NCBI GenBank assembly: GCA_964016885.1
Contig: OZ024756.1
Location: forward strand, 43,896,001-43,960,000
DNA length: 64,000 bases
Direction: 5' to 3'
Source of the DNA: Eledone cirrhosa
Lineage: Eukaryota
Shown piece by piece: positions 38,952-54,101 of the stretch. Under the pieces are notes generated by a model. The model was not told the origin of the DNA. It saw only the letters and a list, made by a program, of their open reading frames with translations, and did not search any database. The stretch's first letter is position 1; each line of letters begins with the position of its first letter. A program made the translations under genes and the position numbers.

Positions 38952-39624
38952 GAGAGAGAGAGATATATAAATTTAGCGAGAATCGCATTTCGGTGGGTAG
39001 AAATTGGCGAAACGCAACTTCCGTATTGTGTAGACAAGCGCTCCATGGATATGAAGAAGATACCAGAGCTATAAATGTAAGTTTAAAAGGTCATACAAAC
39101 TGAGACGATGGTTAAGAAGCCATTAACCACCAGAGCCCAAAAAGCGAACAAGCTAAACGGGTAAAACAAAGTAAGATATGATTGAAATAGAGAGGGGGGG
39201 GGGGATATGTATGTATATGTATATATATATATATATATAACTAGCTGATGTACCAAGCTTCGCCCGGGAAAACAGATAAGAGAAGTGTGTGTGCAAACGG
39301 CTTAACCAAATTAAATTCCGTTTGGGAATGCATAAGGAAAAGACAGACAGTGAGACAAAGAATTCAATATAATGCATTTTCTCTCTTCATGATATCTTCT
39401 ATATTTGGATTACATTGAGTTCTTCATACGGATTGGACACTACCGTTTATTTTGGTAGATTTATCTACATATATATAATAATTAATACATTAACAGTGAA
39501 AGCCTTAAGCGATACTCTGACCAACTCCATCTCACTCAACAAACATTAGGATATACCTAAGTATTTTCCCAATTTAGTGTTTGGAGTGCTAACTAATCAG
39601 TATTTCGTGGATAGTTGGTTGTAT

Positions 39625-39718
<94 letters not shown>

Positions 39719-40369
39719 TATGTATGTATGTAGACTCTTTTACGTGTTTCAGCCGACTGGCTGTGGCCATGCTGGGGCACCGCTGGGTTAGAAACTGAAA
39801 CTGGCGGAGCGAAATCACAAGCGTTATAGTAATATTACCTTCCCCTTCCCCCTTCTTTAACGAGAGAGGAAGATAGAGAGAGAGAAGTGGTTGGTGTTAG
39901 AGAAATATTACCTTCCCCTCTCCACTTACTTTGGTCAGTGAGACCGAAGGAACCACTGTTGCTATAGAAACCTTCCACGTGCCACAAGAAACCAGTTCCT
40001 GGCGGTTTCGTTCTGTCACCTGGCACCACCTCTTACACACTTGCCAGTATATAGAATATATTGTATATATTATATAGTGTATATTATACATTATTTATAA
40101 TATATATATTGTATGTATAATATTTATTATAATATACAATATATATTTAAATAATATTTATAATATTTATTATATATTTTATATTATAAATACAATATAT
40201 ATTAGGTATATTATAAATATAATACTTCAGGCAGGACCGGCTGGAAGACAAGTTTGACGAATTAGCCACCACGTGACCTTGCTAGGAATAAGTTGGCAAA
40301 GTAGAAGAAAATATATAGTATATATTATAATGTACAATATATAGTGTATATATATATATATATATGCAC

Positions 40370-40427
<58 letters not shown>

Positions 40428-41145
40428 ATTCATACTCTCATATAAATAACATTATTACGATTAAGTAGATATTTTACTGTCTACTTAATCTTTATAATGA
40501 GGAATTTCTAGTGCGGGTGAGCGTGGGGGGCGGGGGGTCCTTCCTATCTCCCACCCTTCACTTCACCCCCTCCACCTCTAATTAGATTTTCCCCTGAAAT
40601 TTAAGCAACAAGTATAGTGAAGTGTGTTCACCCTCGGACAGACGACCATCTAGACACACTATTTCTGAGAAAGAGACCGGAAACTTTTCTCTTTTTACTA
40701 AACGACATTCGCTTGACCGTAGTAGCCATCTTGGTTTTATACTAAGACAGAGAAAAAGAGAAGATGTAAAACGTCTAAATGACTTTCACCTACCCTTCAA
40801 ATTGCTGGCCTTGTGCCTAAAGTAGAAACAATTATTATAACCTCTTGTCCCCTTACGACCAACCTTATGAACTCTCCCATTTCATGGTGTCTGTGAGAAG
40901 TGGAGAAGTTGTCGGGGGAAGTCCAAGATCAGATTTCTCCGGAAGTAGCTAGTTATTTCAACACGAGGATTCCTTTGTCTTCTGCTTTATATCACTTTTA
41001 TTTTTCTGGTTTTTCTTGTTATAATTGTTAGACTTGTTGTTGTTATTGTTGTCATTGTTGTTGTGTTGTTACGGCTGTTGATGTTGCTCAGAGGTTAGTG
41101 TGTTCGGCTGACGATCGCAAGAGATGGGAAAGAGGTAGAATTCAT

Positions 41146-41505
41146 AATAATAATAATTGTTTCTACGTTAGGCACAAGGCCAGCAATTAACCAGTGCATT
41201 ACTGGTACTTTATTTTATCGACCCCGTAAGGATGAAAGGCAAAGTTAACCTCGGCGGGATTTGAACTCAGAATGGCAAGGGCCGTAACTCTATACGTCAA
41301 AGCATGGCGTCCGACCCTCTGCCGATACTGCCAATCCAATAATAACGGTTTCTTATATAGGCACAAAGCCAGCAATTGTAGGAGAGGGGGTAAGTCGATT
41401 AAATCGACCCCAGTGTGTGACTGGTACTTTATTTTATCGATCCCCGTAAGAATGAATGGCAAAGTTGACCTCGGCGGGATTTGAACTCAGATCATAAAGG
41501 GCCGT
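41146..41505 (-). mobile_element. Two tandem SINE family 1 copies
   Basis: Two cores with B boxes. Confidence 0.85.
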
Positions 41506-41506
41506 G

Positions 41507-41609
41507 ATAATGATGACGACGGCGATGATGATGAGGAGGATGGTGATTATGATGATGATGGTGACGATTATGATGATGATGGTGAGGAGGGTGGTGATTA
41601 TGATGATGG

Positions 41610-41641
<32 letters not shown>
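41507..41641. repeat. (GAT)n microsatellite
   Basis: Direct reading. Confidence 0.9.
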
Positions 41642-42209
41642 GCTAATACCCTAACCACCAGGACATTCACCTTCATCCTTGTCTTGTGACACCACAGTTC
41701 ACATTAAACATTGTTTATCACCATTAAAAACTTTCTTGGCATTACAAGATTTACAAGAAAAACTAATTAAAACTGTTTGGCGCCAAATGTAAATTAGGTC
41801 ATCTGAACAACAGCAAAGTGTCAAAGGAAGTCGCCAGAGGGCGCCCCTATCAATTGGATATTAATAAAATACAAATAAGGATAGCCGCTATCACAAGGGT
41901 TAGATATTTTTGTTTATATTTAAATATAACAAGAATGTTGTCGCAGTTTATTAAATGCATATGTTAAAATTAACTAAAATTTCATCATTATTATATATTA
42001 ATGTCAAATTTAAACCACGTGTTTATTTATTATTGTTAATTAATTTTATATATATATATATATATATGTCCATATATGGGGGGGGGGGGTATGTATGTGT
42101 GTATGTATGTATATATATGTTATACGTTGGTGAATCTCAAGCAACCTGTTTTCTAGACGTTGTAATTGCATAACATTGTTTGAACTACGAAAGCCACAAT
42201 CTCTCTCTG

Positions 42210-42261
<52 letters not shown>

Positions 42262-42416
42262 CTCCTTTGTCAGACATACTGCATTAATAGCAAGACACTA
42301 ATGTAGTTTTAATAGTTTTTCCTTCAGCTTTTTTTTTTAACTGTAGGGGTTTCGTTTTTCTTATTATAGCCGGGTTTCAGAAACATTAATACCCCTTTCC
42401 AGATATGTATATAGAT

Positions 42417-42488
<72 letters not shown>

Positions 42489-42562
42489 AATGGTATTCCG
42501 AATAGTAACTGAAAGAGACAGCAGTTTAAATAAGGTACTTAATGTATCCAATAGATATATAC

Positions 42563-42593
<31 letters not shown>

Positions 42594-42683
42594 CATACAT
42601 ATATGTATATATATATACATAGATACATATATATATATGTATATATATATATACATACATACATATATATATGTATATATATA

Positions 42684-42773
<90 letters not shown>

Positions 42774-42791
42774 CAAATATCTATATATATC

Positions 42792-42824
<33 letters not shown>

Positions 42825-43675
42825 ATACATACGTACATACTTATGGGGACACATATGTATTTATTTGTTTTGAACTTCCTTTTCCAGCATAACAACAACA
42901 GCAACAATGACAACAAGAACAATGACAAGAAAAATAAAGAAATGTAAATTCTGTCGGCGACAACTAAATGGTGAACATCTGAACACTTCTACAGACTGTT
43001 GTGATTCTTATCCTAACTACGAGAAAATAATACACGAAAAAATATGTATTCTATATTTTCCTAAAATGGTATTATGGATGCAAAATCATTTTATTTTTCA
43101 TTTTATTTTTACCTCTATCTTTCTGTACTTAAGAGAGCAAAGTATTAAGACATATTAAAACATTTGCAGACGATACTGTGGATTGCAGCTGATTAAAATG
43201 GAAGAACGTTTTTTTTTAATCTTTTCTAAATTGCTTTGTAAATATACGATAATAACAAATTTTTAAAACAAATTTTTCTTCTGTTGTTTTTATATTTTTA
43301 TATTCAAATTTTATGCTGTAACAGTTCAGGTTTCTCTTAAACTGAAACAGTCCACAGTTGCAATGTGATTTTTAGGGGCCATTAAATATAAAATTATAGG
43401 AACCCGAGACGTTATTTATAAGCTTCCGGTTTTGCAATTTGACAAGAAGTAGAGAGTCTTGGTTTGTGTGTTGTGTTCTTGAACAAAACACTTCATTTCA
43501 TGTTGCTCCAGTATACTCAACTGAAAATGAGTACCAGCAATAGCTGGGGGTTTAACCATGCGATGAACTGGCGTCCTGTCCTGGAGGGAGTATTGTACTC
43601 TCAGTCGCTTAACACCATGGAAACCGAATAAGCACCAGCTTAAGACAGACTTTTGACGAGAGAGAGAGTATAGTG

Positions 43676-43870
43676 AAGGCACGTAGCTTAGTGGTTAGAG
43701 AATTGGATTCGCAATCGTGAGGTTGCGAGTTCGATTCCCGGACCGGGCGATGCGTTATGTCCTTAAGCTAGACACGTTCTTTTCACGTTTCTTCTTCTGC
43801 CAAGAATTTCGACCGGTAGACTGTATCAGCAATGGAAAAACCAATTGAAACATTGTTTCCTTTGTCCAAT
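43676..43870 (+). mobile_element. tRNA-derived SINE family 2
   Basis: A box TAGCTTAGTGG and B box GAGTTCGATTCCC, followed by the family 2 body. Confidence 0.75.
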
Positions 43871-45114
43871 ATTCAACGAGGTCCATGCTAATCAATAAGC
43901 AAAGCAGGTTTTGGATCGTATCGATCGATTTCATTCCTAGCAACAGCAAAAATATTAGCTACAAAATTAGATGAAGTCATTTTTTGATGTAAAATAATAT
44001 GGTGGAGAGAAAAAGGCGGTAGTTTGAATATGAATGGATTGGTAAGGTTCCATATACAGATGACCCAGATAGTGAGATTTTAAAAGATATGTGGTTAGTG
44101 TAATACACGACAGCGGAATTCTAACTGTTATATATACACATACATATATATGTGTGTGTATAAATATATACATACATACATAGCACGTGTGTGTGTGCGT
44201 GTGTGTGTGTGTCTGTGTGCTGGGGTAGGTTAATGTACCAAGAAAATAAACGGATGTGATCTGCAAAAAAGAGTTATTTCCCGGAGATGTAAGAACTCCG
44301 ACAGAAGCCGTTAGAGTCATCAACAGGAATAAGTTACAGGATGTCGTGTCATATCTGTGGCTTGCATTAGGAATATAACCTTACGATATATATAACTACG
44401 GGAGAGAGAGAGAGAGATTATATGGAGGACAGTTTGGCAGAGTCAGTGGAGCGCTGAATGTCTCAGCGTTTTGAGTTTAAATGAAACCAAGATTCATTAT
44501 TTTCCTTTCATTCTTTCAGGGTCGATAAAGAAAGTATTAGCCCCCTCCCCCCTCTCTGTCATATCCTTGATGTTCCACTACGCTAGATCAAGGGTGTATG
44601 AGAGTCGAGAGGGTGTATGTATCTTTACACGACTGTACAAGGATCCCTCAAACCCCCTCAGGGACAGCATGTAACATAGAACCGAGTCATAAGGGCATAC
44701 GATACATATAAACATATAACTTTAGCCGAGAGAGAGAGAGAAAGAGAGAGAGAGAAGGGGTGGGGGTGGGGGGGGGGGGCGCTTTAGTAAACTAAAACTA
44801 AAACTTATAAAGACATATCAACGGTCGTTCATGACACAAGACATTAAATTCTTTGACAATTTTATGAACAGAAAACGATATTGTCAAAAGATATGGAGTG
44901 TGTCGTTGACATGTTTGACACAATAGAGATCGTAGGGACAGCCATGTTTGTAACTTTCAATGGAACACAATTATTACAGTTTGGGGGACTGGATCATCGT
45001 TCAGAGCTGCTTTTAAATGGTTATTATACCATCATGGTGGTAGTGACAGAGTACATAATCTTGGCCGAATTCTGACCTTGTCTCTCAATGTCACACAAAT
45101 TCATTGACGTTTGG

Positions 45115-45221
<107 letters not shown>

Positions 45222-45674
45222 GAGGAGGGTATGGTACCAATCAACGGTTTTCCCGGATGATTCCGAACCGTGAATACATCAGATATGTGTGTATGTCTCT
45301 GTGTCTCTGTGTATATGCGTGTGTGTGTGTTTATGTGCGTGCGTGTGTGTGTGTCTATGTATACATACACACATAAATATGTATATATAAATATAAACAT
45401 ATGTCACGAGCCACTTAACACAAATGGATCAGGTTATATCAGGCATTCAAAATAGCAAAGTATTGATATACATATATATATATATATATATATGCACGCA
45501 CACTCACACACATATATATAGATATATACACACAATAGATATACGAGAGATATTAATCCCGAGATCATTCATTTGTTTTTGTTTTGTTGTATTATTCCAA
45601 TGCGATATTTCTATATTAATATCTCACATGTTTCACTCAGCAATAACTCACACGTGTAACTATGCTATATATTG

Positions 45675-45900
45675 AGAAGGTGTTGATCAGGCTACATGTA
45701 CTGGAGATGAGGGTTGTACATTTTGTCGGGGTGTGTACAACCCCTGTGTAACGCCTCCCCCCTATTGGGGATTTCAATTGTTATTTGTTATTTTATTAAT
45801 AGTTTTATTTTCATATACCTGTATGTAAACTCCCCATTTGTATTTGACCCCTTCTTTTGTGCCCTTGTGGCTAATAAAGAAATTTATCTATCTATCTATC
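45675..45900 (+). mobile_element. Tx1-like LINE 3' UTR fragment ending in (TATC)n
   Basis: ctcccccctattgggga and cccttgtggctaataaagaaat are shared with the full-length LINE 3' UTR. Confidence 0.7.
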
Positions 45901-45988
45901 TATTTATCTCTCTCTCTCTATCTATCTATCTATATCTATTTATCTATATATATATATATATATATATATATAACTATCTCTCTCTCTC

Positions 45989-46048
<60 letters not shown>

Positions 46049-46143
46049 TATATATATATATAATATATAAGATCTACAAACTGTAGAGTGCTTCTTATCC
46101 GATATCTGCATTGCTTTATTGTACTACAATAAAACTCACCTCC

Positions 46144-46202
<59 letters not shown>

Positions 46203-46432
46203 ACTTGTATATTTTTGTGTGTGTTTATTTGTATATTTATATTGTTAGTCTTCCAATTACATCGTAGAGAAGTCCATATTGGATCTCAGGGGTAAAAAAA
46301 AAAAAGCATAAAGACAGAATTTGCTGTCATCTGGAAAACACTCCCAGTTTCGATTTCGCAGCGTCTGCATTTCACATCTGTTGTATATGTTTGGGTGTAT
46401 ATGAGGCAGAGAGAGGGGGGTGTATATGTAAA

Positions 46433-46481
<49 letters not shown>

Positions 46482-46785
46482 TAATAAAGGGCTAAAAGAA
46501 ATACGGTACCACCTCGTATGTGTACTTTAATAAACAACTAGGACAAATCCCATATACATATATATACATATATATATATACATATACATATATATATATA
46601 TATATGTAGGAGGTGAGTTTTATTGTAGTACAATAAAGCAATGCAGATATCGGATATATATATGTATATATGTATATATGTACATATGTATATACATATA
46701 TATGTACATATATATGTATATATATATGTACATATATATGTATATATATGTGTGTGTGTGCGTGTACATATATATATAGAGATAT

Positions 46786-46825
<40 letters not shown>

Positions 46826-47111
46826 TTGGCCTATATTTTCAGTAAAGTACACATACGTGGTACCGTGTTTCTTTCAGCCTCCTTTCTTTATCTATTTGTT
46901 TATTGTTTTTAGTATTTATCGTGTGGAAATCTTTGTAGGGGGGACAGGGGAAAGTGGGACACCGAAAGAGACAGAAAGGGGTCAGGTTATAAGTAGGGTC
47001 TTTATGTCGGATGAGTTGTATTTGTGTTGTGTAAGATGTTGTGGGAACCAAGATAACAAACATGGTGGGAGGTGGGATGAGGGTGATCACGTGATCCTAG
47101 ATGTAATAAGT

Positions 47112-47144
<33 letters not shown>

Positions 47145-48056
47145 GCCATCATCATTATAATTCTAATCTAAATCTTCATCACCATCTGGTAGAATACCAA
47201 GAAAGTTTAATTAATTAAAATCTCACCTCTGATAACGAGAACAATCATTATTGAAATGACGAAAGAGAAATTTTAATTAACCAAAATTCATTAAATACAT
47301 CTGATGATATTCCGAATGATCGATATCCAACATCAAAGAGAATCGATAAAAAAATGGCGATGATTAGATTTGTATCAATCTTACTCTATATACTTCAATA
47401 ATTCTTCTGAATTCCGATATTTCATTTGATAGGAGAGATGTGAACTGCGGGGGACTGGTGTAGTGTTTTGTATGGTGGTTCATGAAAGTTTTAGGAGGGT
47501 TTTCATGTGATGGTTAGCAGAGATGTGAACTATGGGGGCCAATGAGAAAACCCTGTGTATTTCTTCAAATCCAGCCGAAGTCGATTTTCCTTTTCGGCAT
47601 CCGTAATTGATAAAATACTGTACCAGTAAGTTACTGGGGTTGATTTAATCGATTACGCCATCCGTCCTATAAATCTATATGACCTTGAGCCTATGTCAGA
47701 AATCGATATTACTTCTTTTCGTGGACAAGTACCATCAAAACTTCCGGATATTTTTACCCCACATTTTCACTGTTCATCTGTGAAGTGTAGCAATCTGTTG
47801 GAAACTTCATCGAAGGGTTTAATCCATAACTGGTTACGAAGGTTTGTTAGATCGTTCATTAATTAGTGCAGAGTAAAGGTTCATTAATTAGTGCAGAGTA
47901 AAGTCTCCTTAATTAGTGCAGAGTAAAGGAGGTATTGACAAATGGAAGACTTCTTGAACGTCATCTACATGATTAATTAGACATCCGTTTGTTTATATGG
48001 TTAATTAATTACACAGTCGTCTGCAAGCTTAATTAGACATGAAATTAAAAATATAT

Positions 48057-48249
48057 CAGACTTGCCAACCCCTAAAAACCAAAACAAGGAGAACCATGAA
48101 AAAAAGTGCCCCAAAACGGAGAGAAATGAGGCAAAATGGGGAGATTTTACATAATGAAAGCTATACCCATGTTCACAAGAGAAGACATCTCTCACCCACT
48201 GAGGTGGGCGGGAGATCTCCCCGTCCGACGAGGACAGTTGACAGGTCTG
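48057..48249. mobile_element. ~190-bp MITE
   Basis: TIR cagacttgccaac / gttgacaggtctg; inverted copy at 53385-53581. Confidence 0.75.
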
Positions 48250-48512
48250 ATATTCTTTAATAGGGGTGAATATGAAAGCATATACTATATGTAAAGGGTA
48301 AAGGGTAAAGACCCCCCTTTCAGTCACGAATGACCAAGGGATTTGAACCTGCAAAGTTCCCCTCCGATGTTTATGTGCTTCAGCGTGTGTGTGTCAGTTT
48401 TATGTGTGTGTGTGCGTGTACGTGTATTGTGGTGTTTGTGACACTAGTTTTATGCGTGTGTGTGTGTGTTGTGGTGTTTGTGTCACTGTTTACATGAGTG
48501 TGTGTATGTGTG

Positions 48513-48547
<35 letters not shown>

Positions 48548-49041
48548 TTCCTTGGAATTATTCATGTGATAAAAGTTTGTTATATTTTAAAGAGGTTTTG
48601 TAGGAGGAAAGAGAAATTGTTTATCTTCAAGGATCTGAGATTTTTTACCGAAGAGGTTGAGTTAGAATTTAGCAGAGAAGTTGCTGAGGAATTCCTCTTG
48701 AAATATTTCACAGTTATTGTTCTTGGCACCTCTGGGGTGGGGTGGCGTGGGGATGGGTGAGGTGGGTAGGGTGAGGTGATGGGTAGGGTGAGGTGGGTAT
48801 GAGGGTGGGTGGGTGAGGGGGGTGAAGGTGAAAGAAAACGAAGAAAAATATAAATAAGAAAAGAAAAATATTTTAATATCATCATCATCATCGTCGTCGT
48901 TTTTATGTCCGTTTTCCATACTTGCATGGGTTGGACAACAGAACTTACAATATAAACACTAATTGAATATAAATAAATAAGACAGACAGACAGACAGACA
49001 GACAGTTATATAGATAGATAGACAGACAGATAGATAGACAG

Positions 49042-49072
<31 letters not shown>

Positions 49073-50165
49073 GAGAGAGGGGGGCAGATAGATAGATATA
49101 GATAGATAGATAAATCAAGACCAGATCTAATAAAAATCCAGTCCCGATGTAGACCAGACCCAGTCCAGATGTAGAGCAAGAAGTATGGTAGGCTGGGACC
49201 TGCAGAAGTCTCTCCTAAACTCATAGATGGGGAAAATAGAACACAGAATAGGCAAGCTAACAAACCATTTTTCATATTTACAATACTACTACTACTACTG
49301 CTTCCAACAAAAACCATTGTTCCTATTCTGTGGAACCAATTTACAGCTAGGTAGACTGAGCTATTTGGGTATTACCAATATCACCCTATCCACTAGGTCA
49401 CTCACTGTATTACCAATGACCAGCTAGGAGCTACACATCTCTCACCCTATCCACTGGGACAATCACATACTCCATTATACTTTATTTGTTGGAGGAATTG
49501 TTTTTATAGCTGGATGTTGCTCTACCGACTCTCTTTTCTTCTCCTAACTCTAACTATTGAGTCATGAAGTACAAGGTTCTTATTTTGTTGTTACTTTATT
49601 ACCATATAAGGTGTTCCAGCATCAGGCCATGCTGGGGCACCAGTTACTTTATTACCATATAAGGTGTTCCAACCAACAGTGTGAGACCATGCTGGGGCAC
49701 CAGGTACTCTATTACCCTATAAGGTGTTCCAGCCAACAGAGTGAGACCATACTGGGGCACTGCTGTTGTTGTTGTTCATTGAGACAAACTGGGGTCAGCA
49801 GAATTAACTACCTTGCTCAGAGACCATAATAAATGTAGGACATAAAATCTAAACTTAAGATCGGTCGTCCATAACAGCCATTATTGCCCCTCCTCTATAT
49901 GGTGTCTATTTGTGTCGGTGATAAATTCCTTAATCCTTTAGTTACCAACCCAGCCAAAACCAGTTCTGGTTCTATGAAATAAAACCACACATTTTAAAGG
50001 TTTCCAATTTAAATCTAAATTTTCCAACATAATTTTATATAAGAACCTTACATTAATTTACTATCTTAGTAATGAAATAATTAATAATTTTAGTAAATCC
50101 CTCGAAATTCTTCATTAATTAATTAAAATAGAATGTATTTCCTTAGAAATGCAGTCATGAAAGGG

Positions 50166-51206
50166 TTAAGAGGCACCATTTTTGTTCTTTGTCTTGGAAT
50201 CCTTATTTCGGGATTCTTTGGAGTGAGAGCGGAGGTGAACACTTAAGGAACACCTGTGTTCAAAGACCTCGTCACAAAACGGACACTCAAGAGGCCCACT
50301 CTGTCCCTGATTATGAAACTTATTGTGTTGCAGCAAGGTGCTGGCACGTGCAAAGTCCTTCTTGCAGTATGGGCAGTGATAAGGACGCACCCCTGTGTGG
50401 GTTGCCATGTGTGACCTCAAGTTGCATGACTGGGAGAATGCTTTACCACATAGCTCACACTCAAATGGTTTCTCCCCAGTGTGTGTACGCATATGCACCT
50501 TCCGCTGTCCAGTATCTGCAAATGCTTTGCTGCAGATACTGCACGCATACGGCTTCTCACCGGTGTGCGTACGAATGTGCTTCATCAGATTGTGTGAACC
50601 AGTAAAAGACTTATCACAAAACTTGCATTGGTATGGCCTCGTGCCATTGATGGTGTGGGCCCGTCGGTGGATGGACAAGATGTAGTCGGTCGGGAACTGT
50701 TTACCACACTGCTCACAGACATATTGGAAGGTATTGTCTATTTCATCAGTGACACACAGACCACCAACACCACCAATACCACCAACACTACCAGCACCAA
50801 CACTACCAGCACCAACACTAACAGCAGCTCCACCACCCTCACAACAACTACTACTGTTTAACTCTGTTGTAGACTGCAGAGCTAACTCTAAACTAAGAGC
50901 ATCAGTAAACACCTCGTTTTGGACACTGACAGCAGTAGCAACATCAACACCAGCTTCAGCATCAGCAGCAATAGTGACAGGTGTAGCAATTAAAGGTGAG
51001 GAAGGTGCAAAGGAAGAAGTAACAGAGGTAGGAAAAGATGTGAAAGAAGAGAAAGAAGGAGAGGAAGTGAACGAAGAAAAGGTCTGAAAGGAAGAAGAAG
51101 AGGTAGGAGATGAGGAAGAAGATGAGGAGACTGTCACAGAATTACTGACAGGAAGAAGTGTGAAATATGTGGCCTCAGATGGGTTACAAAGCTGTTCACA
51201 CAGCAT
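50166..51206 (-). CDS. C2H2 zinc-finger protein with 6 fingers and a Ser-rich N-terminus (start uncertain)
   Basis: Six CxxC..HxxxH fingers with TGEKP linkers; first ATG at 51206; upstream exons possible. Confidence 0.9.
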   Translation of the reverse strand: MLCEQLCNPSEATYFTLLPVSNSVTVSSSSSSSPTSSSSFQTFSSFTSSPSFSSFTSFPTSVTSSFAPSSPLIATPVTIAADAEAGVDVATAVSVQNEVFTDALSLELALQSTTELNSSSCCEGGGAAVSVGAGSVGAGSVGGIGGVGGLCVTDEIDNTFQYVCEQCGKQFPTDYILSIHRRAHTINGTRPYQCKFCDKSFTGSHNLMKHIRTHTGEKPYACSICSKAFADTGQRKVHMRTHTGEKPFECELCGKAFSQSCNLRSHMATHTGVRPYHCPYCKKDFARASTLLQHNKFHNQGQSGPLECPFCDEVFEHRCSLSVHLRSHSKESRNKDSKTKNKNGAS

Positions 51207-51214
51207 TATCAATG

Positions 51215-51295
51215 ATATATGTAATAACTATATGTAATAACTATATGTAATAACTATATGTAATAACTATATGTAATAACTATATGTAATAACTA
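51215..51295. repeat. 13-bp tandem repeat
   Basis: tatatgtaataac x6. Confidence 0.9.
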
Positions 51296-52659
51296 AACAC
51301 TAACAACACAACAAAATAATATTAGTTTCTGATTTAGACAAAAGGCCAACAATTTGTGGAGAGGAGAGGGTCAATCGACCCCAGTGTCTTACTGGTATTA
51401 TATTGTATGAAAGGCAAAGCGAAGCTCAGCAGGACATAGAAAGTAACTAAACACTGCAAAACATTTTGTCCAATGCTCCACCGATTATTGTCAATTCACT
51501 GTTCTTTAATAATAATAATAATAATATCAAAAGTTTTGTCACAAATATAATTTGTTGAAGTCTTTTAATGATAATATTTATTCACTTCTTGTTAATTTGG
51601 TCTTTATAGTTCTCCCTACCTTTCACTTCTGTTGTATTGTTGTTGCTGTTATTATTGTCGTTGTTGTATTGCTGTTGGTGTTGTTCCTGTTTTTGTTGTT
51701 ATTCAGTGTATTGGTCAAAAAAGAAGACAGAGAGCAACCAACCACAACAAGTGACCATCAGAGTTAAACAACTGACCACAACGGTCAATAGTGTCACCTC
51801 AGACTTGGACAAAACTATTTGGACAATATTTATGAAGGGCACAGAATATTGATTTCTAATTTAGGCACAAGGCCAGCATAATCAACCTCAGTTCATGACT
51901 GGTACTTTATTATATCAATCCTGGGAGTACAAAAGGTAAAGTTGACCTTGGCAGGACTTGAACTCAGAATATAAGTTTGAGGAAGTTCAGTGAATAAGAA
52001 AACTTCTTCTTTCTATTTTATTTTCTTCAGTGAATTACAGCTGTGTTCATGAACTTTACAGGTTGTCACAGACTGGGGTAGACATATATAGAGACATATA
52101 TTCATATTATACACAAGAATTGCAAAGGGTTCGTAACAATAAACAGTTTTGTTAACACTAGGCAAAAGTGTATCAGGTTTCACAGGACAAAGAGAATGAT
52201 GTTGTGGCATTCATGACTTTCCTGGGAGTAGAAGATGTTCTTAATATTGTCAACTTGCAAAACTAGTGATTTTGTTTCTGGAATATTCCCAAATAATTCC
52301 AAATGCCTGGATTGGTCTCTGAAATATTTAAAGTGAAAGAAAATACATCAATACGCATAACTGTTCATGTCTATATTTCGGGAGGATTCGTGGAATAGGT
52401 AGAACATCAGAGAAAATGAACGTACTTAGAGTTTAAAGTCTGTCTCGAGCCTGGAGGTTCATCAGGCTGGTGCTTATCCTGGTTTCCATGGTGTTAAGCA
52501 ACTGAGAGTACAAGACTCTCCTGGACAGGATGCCAGTCCACCCTCCAGCTATTGCTGCTAGTACTGAGTATACTGGAGTTCAACTGAGTATACTGGAGCA
52601 ACACAAAATTAAATGTTTTGCTCAAGATCACACATAATTGTTTACTTATATACTTTTGG

Positions 52660-52975
52660 GTGGATTGGAAGAATCAGTAGAGCATCAGACAAAATGTCTT
52701 ACAGTATGTAGCTCCTTACTTTCTGAGTTCAACTCTTTCAGGGTTCAGTAAAATAATGTACCAGTTACATACTGGTGGAGGTCTATAAAATAAAGTACCA
52801 GTTATATACTGGGGAAATCAATAAAATAAGTATCAGTTATGTACTGGGGAAAGGTCTATAAAATAAAGTATCAGTTATGTACTGGGGTAGGTCTATAAAA
52901 TAAAGTACCAGTTACATACTGGTGAAGGTCTATAAAATAAAGTACTAGTTATGTACTGGGGAAGTCAGTAAAATA
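52660..52975 (+). mobile_element. SINE family 1 with a tandemly amplified internal segment
   Basis: aaaataaagtaccagttacatactgg repeated ~6 times. Confidence 0.7.
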
Positions 52976-53384
52976 GTGTCCGAATGTTACACCAACTATA
53001 AACAAGATCTTTCAGTACGTGGAGGTTACAGGAGAAAGTTTTAGCTGCTTTATAGCTGTCCTCATTTTTCTTATATATGTTTCTTTTGCCTTAACTATAA
53101 GGGGGTATTAAATACTCCCCACAGTTTGTCATGGCTTATCAGCTCTATACAGACGTTTAAATTGATTAAATAATTAAATAAATACACTTAGAAGGGAAAT
53201 AACTTCATCTTGTCCTCGATTGTTACCTTTAGAAGGGAAATAACTTCTCTGCCTGGCCCTCATGTTTTAGACAGTAGTACAGCAACAGAAGGGAAGAGAT
53301 ACTTTTGTACAAATGGACTGAGGTGGAGGAGGACAACGTTCTGACAGCAGATCAGATAAATAGGTGAGGAAAGACTGTTTATTA

Positions 53385-53581
53385 CAGACCTGTCAACTCT
53401 CCCCGTCCCACGGGTAGATCGCCCACCCACTTTGGGGTGGGTGAGAGATGTCTTCTCTTGTGAAAATGGGTATAGCTTTCATTATGTAAAATCTCCCCAT
53501 TTTTGCCTCATTTCTCCCCGTTTTTGGGGCACTTCTTTTTATGGTACTCCTCGTTTGGGTTTTTAGAGGTTGACAGGTCTG
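53385..53581. mobile_element. ~190-bp MITE, second copy
   Basis: Perfect TIR cagacctgtcaac / gttgacaggtctg. Confidence 0.8.
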
Positions 53582-54101
53582 TTATTATATTTTTACTAAC
53601 ACTGTATATATATATATATATATATATACATATGGGCCTGTAACTCCTGGTGGAGTTGTAAGGGTGTTGTGATGAGATACAGCATGTCTTGGGCATTTTA
53701 AACCTGACAGAGACAAACCCCTCTCCATGTCTGAACGCAGTCGATGTTTTTTCCATGAGAAGGCGAGTGAGAGAGTGTGTAATAACTACATTGTTCCTTT
53801 CCAGAGACTATGTTGAAAAATAAACCTCATTTGGCCATCCATGAGAGTATCTTGGTCAACCCTTTTGATACCTGTTGGAAGAACTCCTCCATAGTGACCT
53901 CCTGGTTAACTAATAGTTAGGGTGGATAGCTGTTGACTGAGGAGTTTATCTGCCCTTTTTTAACAGCTCTTGTTAGCTGTTTAGCAGGCAGAATCATTAT
54001 CTGACCCATGTATATATATATATATATATATAATCAAGGTTTAGCAAATAAGAAAAAGTTTCAAAATAAATTTCAAAAAATTCACTGTACTTACTATGGT
54101 T

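Noticed and set aside
43676-43750. tRNA gene
   Set aside because: The acceptor stem does not pair and the sequence continues into a SINE body
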